NCBI RefSeq assembly: GCF_000146505.1
Contig: NC_017448.1
Span: forward strand, 1,740,001-1,772,000
Length of the DNA stretch: 32,000 bases
Reading direction: 5' to 3'
From: Fibrobacter succinogenes subsp. succinogenes S85
GTDB taxonomy: Bacteria > Fibrobacterota > Fibrobacteria > Fibrobacterales > Fibrobacteraceae
Of the stretch, positions 26,838 through 32,000 are shown in pieces. The position numbers and the translations under genes are program-made. The notes beneath the pieces are model-generated. The model had not been told where the DNA came from, did no database searches, and saw only the letters and a program-made list of their open reading frames with translations. Position 1 is the first letter of the stretch. The number at the start of each line of letters is the position of its first letter.

Positions 26838-27029
26838 AAAAACTCCTTCTTAAAAAGAAATATACCCTCGTTTTCAGGAAATAGCTTAAAAACAGATCCG
26901 AAATCTTTAATTCACCCTCCCATATTCCAAACGGAACCATTCAACGGTTCCAGTGCAGTATTTTCCTGTTTTTCTCTCATATTTTCCGTAAGTCCTCGCA
27001 TTTATTCTTTGGTTTTGCCGACCATTCCC

Positions 27030-27068
27030 AATATAGAACGGGGCCGCGACAATTACAGTCGTCAGCCC
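27030..27068 (-). promoter_or_regulatory. Island element copy 4 (imperfect, bulged arms)
   Basis: AATATA lies at 27030-27035. GGGCCGCGAC-AATTACA-GTCGTCAGCCC lies at 27041-27068, with the core GCGAC/GTCGT and outer GGGC/GCCC pairing. The element is 192 nt upstream of ATG 26837, inside a 507-bp ORF-poor gap. Confidence 0.5.
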
Positions 27069-27344
27069 TTGGCTTGCATTTTTTTCCCACAAAAAAAGCG
27101 TGGAGTTTATGCAATTTACTCAATCGCGGTTCGGCAAAACCTATACGGAATAAACACAAAAACCCACGCCACGAGGCGCGAGTCAGTGCGCTCAGTCTTC
27201 CGTATATTCAAAATTTTGCCGATTTCGATTGAAAGCCAAGAGCAGAGCTCAAACTTATGTCAAAAACTTGATTACCTTATGAAAACCTCTTTTTTCAGTA
27301 ATATAATCAAATTTTCACAAGGCATGCACGCAAAAGCGCGTTTT

Positions 27345-28631
27345 CTACACTTTTTCAGATCCAAGACTCCACTCTAGTGCGTTTTTTATGTGGATGGTCT
27401 TGCCTTTTACAATCTCGTCACGACTTTCGTCGAAGCAAACCAAAGTCAATTCATTGCACTTGAGCACGTCCGAAGCCTGGACCAAGGCCGAGGTTTCGCG
27501 ATTAAACGCTTTGGTAGAATCAATCTCGTATGCGACTTGCACGAGTTCCTTTGCTTTATCTTGTCTGCAAACAACGAAATCGACTTCTTTAGATTGCGAC
27601 GACGGCTTATAATAATACACGTCATCGAACTCCTTCGCGGCTCGACGCAACAGTTCGATGTAAACCATGTTTTCAAGTCGCCAGCCTAGATTCTCTTGCG
27701 AGAGGGCGTTTTCACGATTGGCAATAAATCCGGTATCAATCACATAAGCCTTGCTGTTACGGAGCCGGACTTTGCTCTTGAACGAATGCTTGCTCAACAG
27801 CCCAATCAAGAAAGCCTGTTTAAGATAATCCACGTATTTTATGGCGGTCGTGGTGCTGTTCAGTCCAAAATTCTCAGCCAGGGATTTGTAATTGACCTCT
27901 TGGCAAGAATTGTTGATTATGTGGTTCGCGATGGTACGGAGAACTTCGGCATGGCGAATTTTGAATCGACCCGCGATATCCTTTAGTATTATAGAGTTAA
28001 ATAAACTTTGTATGTAAGCACGTTTGTTGTTAATGTTTTGCAGTTCCGGGAACCCGCCATATTGCAGATATTCAAGGAAGGCCGATTTACGAGCGGCCTC
28101 TGCCTTAGTCGTAACATCTTGCAGATTCACCTGATGAAAGGCGCAGTATTCCGCAAACGAAAGCGGATAGAGACGAATTTCATTGTAACGTCCGGTCAGA
28201 TGCGTCACAAGTTCGCTACTCAGCAGCTTTGCGTTGGAGCCAGTAACAAACACGTGCAATCCCTGTCGCAAAAGACGGTTCACAAACAAATGCCAACCAT
28301 CGACATTTTGAATTTCATCGAGGAGTATGTACTGGATATCCGTACCGTAGAGTTGATAAAGGCAAAGCAGAAGCGTGTTCAAGTCTTCAACAGAAAGCGA
28401 CATCAACCGATCGTCATCTAGGTTCGCATAAGCATAGTTGATGCCATGATCTTGCAGCACCTTGTGGCATATCGTCGATTTTCCACTGCGGCGAACACCG
28501 ATGACCACCTGTGCAAGCGAACTATCCATTTCAAACAGGGCTTCTTCACTACGAGGCACCCAAGAATCACGCCTAGTCGTGATTTCTTCTTTCTGTTCCG
28601 CAAGAACCTGTAACAGTTTCTTTTCGTCCAT
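27345..28631 (-). CDS. AAA_14/DUF4143-like ATPase, 428 aa
   Basis: It has Walker A GVRRSGKSTICHK and Walker B YILLDEIQNVDGW, plus the C-terminal segment KEVDFVVCRQDKAKELVQVAYEI typical of this family. An SD (AAGAGG) is present. Confidence 0.8.
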   Translation of the reverse strand: MDEKKLLQVLAEQKEEITTRRDSWVPRSEEALFEMDSSLAQVVIGVRRSGKSTICHKVLQDHGINYAYANLDDDRLMSLSVEDLNTLLLCLYQLYGTDIQYILLDEIQNVDGWHLFVNRLLRQGLHVFVTGSNAKLLSSELVTHLTGRYNEIRLYPLSFAEYCAFHQVNLQDVTTKAEAARKSAFLEYLQYGGFPELQNINNKRAYIQSLFNSIILKDIAGRFKIRHAEVLRTIANHIINNSCQEVNYKSLAENFGLNSTTTAIKYVDYLKQAFLIGLLSKHSFKSKVRLRNSKAYVIDTGFIANRENALSQENLGWRLENMVYIELLRRAAKEFDDVYYYKPSSQSKEVDFVVCRQDKAKELVQVAYEIDSTKAFNRETSALVQASDVLKCNELTLVCFDESRDEIVKGKTIHIKNALEWSLGSEKV

Positions 28632-28643
28632 AAAGTACCTCTT

Positions 28644-28723
28644 AATGGACTAAAATATAGGTTTTTATCCATCAAAATGGACTAAAATACAGAAAATAAC
28701 CCATCATAATGGACTAAAATATA
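28644..28723 (-). repeat. Three direct 16-bp repeats at an exact 32-bp period, upstream of the AAA_14 ATPase gene
   Basis: AATGGACTAAAATATA lies at 28644-28659, AATGGACTAAAATACA at 28676-28691 and AATGGACTAAAATATA at 28708-28723. Copies 2 and 3 share further upstream context (CCATCA.AATGG). In gene orientation each reads TATATTTTAGTCCATT, so each contains a TATATT box. Confidence 0.75.
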
Positions 28724-28761
28724 AAATTTGATATTTTTCGCTCAAAAAAGCCAAATCCACA

Positions 28762-29292
28762 TCACAGAATCAAGTTCACGACGAGCTTGACCATGGTTTC
28801 GCGCTCTTCGGGTTTGCTTTCGGCGATGAGCAGCGTGAGTGCGACGAGAGCACCATCGCTCAAAATTTTGGAGCCGTCCACGCGGTAGAGGATTTCGTTG
28901 CGGGACATGTACCACAAGAAAATGAATGCGGCTATGCGCTTGTTGCCATCGATAAAGGAATGGTTCTTGACGAGAAGATAGAGGAGCGTTGCGGCTTTCA
29001 GCTGTACGGTCGGATAAAGGTCCTTGCCGTCGAAGGTCTGGTAAATTTGTCCGAGAGAACTTTTGAAAGAGGCGTCTTTTTCAACGCCGAAGATGCCGCT
29101 GTCGCGGAACTTTTCCTTGAGCACAGCGATAGCGTCCACAGCGAGTTCGTATGTTATGGCACCTTTCGTTTCGGCGTAGTCGCCTGCCTTGGGGATTTCA
29201 AGTTGTTGATGGTCGTACCGGTCCAGCGTTTCGAGGGCCGTTCTAAAGTCGCTGATGACGTTTGCAATTTCAAGTTTTTCGTTTTTATCCAT
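28762..29292 (-). CDS. Fic/Doc-family protein (Doc-type motif)
   Basis: HSFIDGNKRIAAF matches the Doc variant HxFx(D/N)(A/G)NKR of the Fic core. The protein is 176 aa and has a strong SD (AAGGAG). No Phd-like small ORF lies adjacent. Confidence 0.8.
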   Translation of the reverse strand: MDKNEKLEIANVISDFRTALETLDRYDHQQLEIPKAGDYAETKGAITYELAVDAIAVLKEKFRDSGIFGVEKDASFKSSLGQIYQTFDGKDLYPTVQLKAATLLYLLVKNHSFIDGNKRIAAFIFLWYMSRNEILYRVDGSKILSDGALVALTLLIAESKPEERETMVKLVVNLIL

Positions 29293-29322
29293 GACGTACT
29301 CCTTTTGTAGGGGAACGTCAAG

Positions 29323-29355
29323 AATATAGAATGACGATGCGACAATTACTGTCGC
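29323..29355 (-). promoter_or_regulatory. Island element copy 5
   Basis: AATATA lies at 29323-29328 and GCGAC-AATTACT-GTCGC at 29339-29355. The element is 30 nt upstream of ATG 29292 and 6 nt downstream of the PLD stop. Confidence 0.6.
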
Positions 29356-29360
29356 TTAGA

Positions 29361-29882
29361 TTACTTGATTCTATCGCTGCAGAATTCCTGGCGGCCGCAT
29401 TTTTCGCAGTGGGCACCCATCCAGAGCGTGTCGAATTGCTCGATGGCGGGTTCGACGATTTGCGGGTCGTTCGTGAGGATTCCCGCTTCGAAGTTGCGAC
29501 GGAGGGAACTTTTCATGCCGATGCCTGCGCCGGTCAAATTTGCGGAGCCGATGTAGGCGGTTTCAAGGTCGAATATCATCATCTTGAAATGCACTCGCGG
29601 ACACATGACGCGTTCAAGGTCGGTCGCGAGAATCTTATAGCGGTCGAAATCTTCGCGGAAGTTCGGGCCGGGTTCCTTGGCGTGAATGAGCCGCACACCT
29701 ACGCCGCGCTTGAGGAGTCCTGCGAGTTGTCCGAGCAGCGGGATTGATTCGCCGTTCTGTTTCACATAAACATCCTTGATGTCGGCGGTACCGATCCAGA
29801 GCGTTTCGTGGACTGTTGCGATACGGGAAATCACTTCGGAATAGTGTTCTTCGTTTTGGATGTACTTGGTAAACGTGGACAT
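29361..29882 (-). CDS. Single-HKD phospholipase D-superfamily protein (Nuc-like endonuclease candidate), 173 aa from ATG 29882
   Basis: It contains a perfect HxK(x)4D(x)6GSxN motif: HFKMMIFDLETAYIGSANLT. The small size implies a homodimeric Nuc/BfiI-like active site. The C-terminus carries CEKCGRQEFC. The track's 29912 start is a TTG inside element copy 6. Confidence 0.85.
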   Translation of the reverse strand: MSTFTKYIQNEEHYSEVISRIATVHETLWIGTADIKDVYVKQNGESIPLLGQLAGLLKRGVGVRLIHAKEPGPNFREDFDRYKILATDLERVMCPRVHFKMMIFDLETAYIGSANLTGAGIGMKSSLRRNFEAGILTNDPQIVEPAIEQFDTLWMGAHCEKCGRQEFCSDRIK

Positions 29883-29889
29883 AGAAAGA

Positions 29890-29938
29890 AATATAGTATT
29901 GTCGCACGACAATAAATGTCGTCGGATTTATATATATT
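29890..29938. promoter_or_regulatory. Island element copy 6, flanked by divergent -10 boxes (PLD to the left, WYL regulator to the right)
   Basis: ACGAC-AATAAAT-GTCGT lies at 29906-29922. An outward-facing TATATT box sits exactly 10 nt away on each side: AATATA at 29890-29895 (minus strand) and TATATT at 29933-29938 (plus strand). Confidence 0.6.
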
Positions 29939-29996
29939 GAAAATACAAGATGGCGATGCCGGAACGGAGTCCGGCATGACAAGGAAAGAGGTTTTT

Positions 29997-31013
29997 ATGG
30001 AAAATCCGGGTCGCGGCGAACGCATGGTGCGAATTTTTGTGTACCTGATGGCACACTATAACAATCGTTATAGCGTTACGGACATCATGCAGCATTTGGA
30101 TATTCCCGCAAATGAATTGCGAAGCGTGCAGCGCGATATGCAGGCCTTGACAAATCTTGAAAGCCGTTACATCCAACGCATTACTGACAGTGGCAAGACT
30201 TATTACCAGGCGGCGCTTGAACGTGCGAACAAGCTCGTATTCCCAGAGTTTGGCGACATGGTTTTGCATTTCGTCTTTTTGCAGCGCATCGCAAACTTGT
30301 ACCCGGCAACAGCTAGCCTTATCGATGACCTCACCAAGAGAATCACGCAGGATTTGCCCGCGAAGCAGCAAGATGTTTTGAAGAGCTATTCAAAAGAATT
30401 GAGCGGGCGCATTCTCTTTATGGGGACTCCGCCCAATTACGACGAAGACGTGAGCAAGCACCTGCCGACCATTCTTAACGCGATTCGTCAAAAACGGAAA
30501 GTACAGATAAAATATACAGACAATTGGGGAACGCCATCGGATAAGCCACGCATTCCGCTGATGGTCGCCATAAGTCATGGAGACATTTATATCGGTTGCG
30601 TTTCGCAGCACCACCCCGACAAAACTTACGCGTTAAAATTGCAACGCATCGAGTCGGTAAAATTGCTGAAGGAAACTTTTGAAGAAGACCCGAAGGTTGT
30701 TGAATCACTGCGCAAGCGCATCCGCACGGGATCTTTGCTTTTGGGCGAACAGAATCCGCAAGAGGAAAAGGTCGTCATTTACTTCCCGAAATACGCCAAG
30801 AACTTTTTGAAGGAACGTCCGTACCACCGCTCCATGGAAATGGAAGACGCGCCAGGCGACGAGATCCGCGTAACGATGAAGGTCGAGGTGAACGAGCTGC
30901 TCAAGCAGTGGATTATGTATTATGGGAACATCGCGACGGTTGAACAGCCGAAAAAGTTGAGGCAGATGATACTGGAAACGGCAAAAAAGCTGGTGGAAAA
31001 GTACGAAAAGTAA
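29997..31013 (+). CDS. WYL-domain transcriptional regulator (HTH - WYL - C-terminal extension)
   Basis: The N-terminal wHTH-like segment is RMVRIFVYLMAHYNNRYSVTDIMQHLDIPANELRSVQRDMQAL. The WYL-type core is KVQIKYTDNWG...PRIPLMVAISHGDIYIGCVS....YALKLQRIESVKLL. I place the start at ATG 29997, which has the SD AAGGAAAGAGG. The track's 29916 start would run through the operator. Confidence 0.8.
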   Translation: MENPGRGERMVRIFVYLMAHYNNRYSVTDIMQHLDIPANELRSVQRDMQALTNLESRYIQRITDSGKTYYQAALERANKLVFPEFGDMVLHFVFLQRIANLYPATASLIDDLTKRITQDLPAKQQDVLKSYSKELSGRILFMGTPPNYDEDVSKHLPTILNAIRQKRKVQIKYTDNWGTPSDKPRIPLMVAISHGDIYIGCVSQHHPDKTYALKLQRIESVKLLKETFEEDPKVVESLRKRIRTGSLLLGEQNPQEEKVVIYFPKYAKNFLKERPYHRSMEMEDAPGDEIRVTMKVEVNELLKQWIMYYGNIATVEQPKKLRQMILETAKKLVEKYEK

Positions 31014-31103
31014 GGAAAATCCACTCGTTATTACCAAAATTACGGTCTTGTTATAGCTTTTATTTATATATAAGTAACTTTTCTAGAAAAATTTTATAAT
31101 TCA

Positions 31104-31140
31104 CCCTACTTTCCTATTGGACTAGTAGGGTTTTGTTTTT
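31104..31140 (+). terminator. Rho-independent terminator after the WYL regulator gene
   Basis: The stem CCCTACT (31104-31110) pairs with AGTAGGG (31124-31130) and is followed by TTTTGTTTTT. Confidence 0.7.
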
Positions 31141-31374
31141 AAATTATGCACATCAAACGAACGAGGCACCCCGAAAGGGAAAAGCCTGGAGGATTTCGCT
31201 ATGCGATGTCGAATGTGTAACCAAGCTGAAGGCGGGCGGGCCTAATACCGCCAAAATTTAACGCTCAGGATTGAGCAAAACTATTAACTATCGCGTCGCC
31301 CGACGCCAACAGTAACAAAACGTTCGGGCGAACGCGAAAATTTCGCGCCAAGCGCACAAAAGGATTTAAATAAT

Positions 31375-32000
31375 ATGACGACTCAGAATAAGCTCCATTT
31401 CGAAACTCTTCAGCTCCACGTTGGTCAGGAACAGGCAGACCCGGCAACCGATTCCCGAGCAGTTCCTATATACCAGACCACCTCTTACGTGTTCCACAGC
31501 GCTCAGCACGCTTCTGACCGTTTCCATCTGAAGGATGCAGGCAACATTTACGGCCGCCTCACCAACACCACGCAGGACGTTTTTGAAAAGCGCATCGCTG
31601 CTCTCGAAGGCGGTATCGCAGGTCTCGCAGTCGCTTCCGGTGCAGCAGCTCTTACTTATGCCATCACGGCTCTCGCTCGCAAGGGTGACCACGTGGTCGC
31701 ACAGCGCTCCATCTACGGCGGCACCTACAACCTCTTGGAACATACGCTTTCCAAGTTCGGCATTGAAACGACTTTCGTCGACATCCACAACCTCAAGGAA
31801 GTCGAAAACTCTATCAAGTCCAACACCAAGCTCATCTTCATTGAAACGCTCGGCAACCCGAACTCCGACATCCCGGATATCGAGGCCATCTCCGAACTCG
31901 CTCACAAGAACAAGATTCCGGTCGTGATCGACAACACCTTCGGTACTCCGTACTTGATTCGTCCGCTCGAACACGGTGCTGATATCGTCGTGCATTCTGC
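31375..32000 (+). CDS. metY: O-acetylhomoserine sulfhydrylase / aminocarboxypropyltransferase (Cys/Met-metabolism PLP enzyme), 5' part; continues past the right edge
   Basis: Hand translation from ATG 31375 gives MTTQNKLHFETLQLHVGQEQADPATDSRAVPIYQTTSYVF...AGNIYGRLTNTTQDVFEKRIAALEGG...IFIETLGNPN...VIDNTFGTPYLIRPLEHGADIVVHS, a textbook MetY/CysD N-terminus. The ORF is absent from the track because it has no stop in the window. Confidence 0.85.
   Translation, partial: MTTQNKLHFETLQLHVGQEQADPATDSRAVPIYQTTSYVFHSAQHASDRFHLKDAGNIYGRLTNTTQDVFEKRIAALEGGIAGLAVASGAAALTYAITALARKGDHVVAQRSIYGGTYNLLEHTLSKFGIETTFVDIHNLKEVENSIKSNTKLIFIETLGNPNSDIPDIEAISELAHKNKIPVVIDNTFGTPYLIRPLEHGADIVVHS

Noticed and set aside
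26718-27377. 219-aa plus-strand ORF spanning the 507-bp gap
   Set aside because: It starts inside the 349-aa gene on the opposite strand, runs through element copy 4 and ends inside the AAA_14 gene. Its sequence is low-complexity and it has no SD.
28644-28723. The 32-bp periodic repeats as a mini CRISPR array
   Set aside because: There are only three copies of a 16-bp AT-rich repeat with 16-bp intervening sequences that are themselves partly similar. The repeat is not palindromic and no cas genes are present. The array abuts a start codon, like a promoter/operator array.
18889-29938. Reading the six palindromic elements as integron attC sites and the island as a cassette array
   Set aside because: The inverted repeats are only 17-21 bp, whereas attC sites are typically about 55-140 bp. 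No conserved RYYYAAC/GTTRRRY core pair is present: GTTGAAT follows the palindrome only in copies 1 and 3. No intI/attI is present where the array would start, since a WYL regulator sits there instead. The invariant 10-nt spacing to a TATATT box fits a promoter/operator better. Module exchange at these sites is kept only as a secondary possibility.
31366-31995. 209-aa minus-strand ORF at the right edge
   Set aside because: It is antisense to an unmistakable MetY N-terminus on the plus strand.

Overview
The window looks like a Fibrobacter-type chromosome. Core genes are about half G+C by eye, and one secreted protein carries the signature of the 'Fibrobacter succinogenes major paralogous domain'. 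Two accessory insertions interrupt the core.

(A) 1-8867, all minus strand and visibly AT-rich. This is a tightly packed operon. It encodes a 1819-aa protein with two sacsin/MORC-like GHKL ATPase heads, then a 600-aa ORF that appears to carry the missing C-terminal half of the second GHKL module, then an SNF2 helicase that runs off the left edge. The first two ORFs overlap by 37 nt, and the overlap contains two -1 slippery heptamers.

(B) 9013-16575 is core: pilC, pilT, a TlpA-like thiol-disulfide oxidoreductase, epmA, the secreted paralogous-domain protein, sufS/csdA-type cysteine desulfurase and tcdA.

(C) 16636-31013 is a mosaic-GC, defence-type island. It holds:
- two AAA_14/DUF4143-like ATPases
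- a GNAT toxin with a small partner ORF
- a tandem classical AAA+ ATPase
- two paralogous PD-(D/E)XK nucleases
- a possible UDG-fold protein
- an unannotated 45-aa ORF
- a solo Fic/Doc protein
- a single-HKD PLD nuclease
- a divergent WYL-domain regulator

(D) 31375-32000 is the 5' part of metY.

The strongest non-genic signal is a rigid element, AAT(A/G)TA-N10-(A/G)CGAC-N7-GTCG(T/C), present exactly six times. All copies lie in the island's intergenic gaps and all are oriented with the minus-strand genes. The sixth copy sits symmetrically between the divergent PLD and WYL promoters. I read this as a shared operator/promoter that wires several defence-like modules into one regulon, probably under the WYL protein. 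A cassette-junction role is not excluded.

No rRNA, tRNA, CRISPR array, transposase or integrase was seen.
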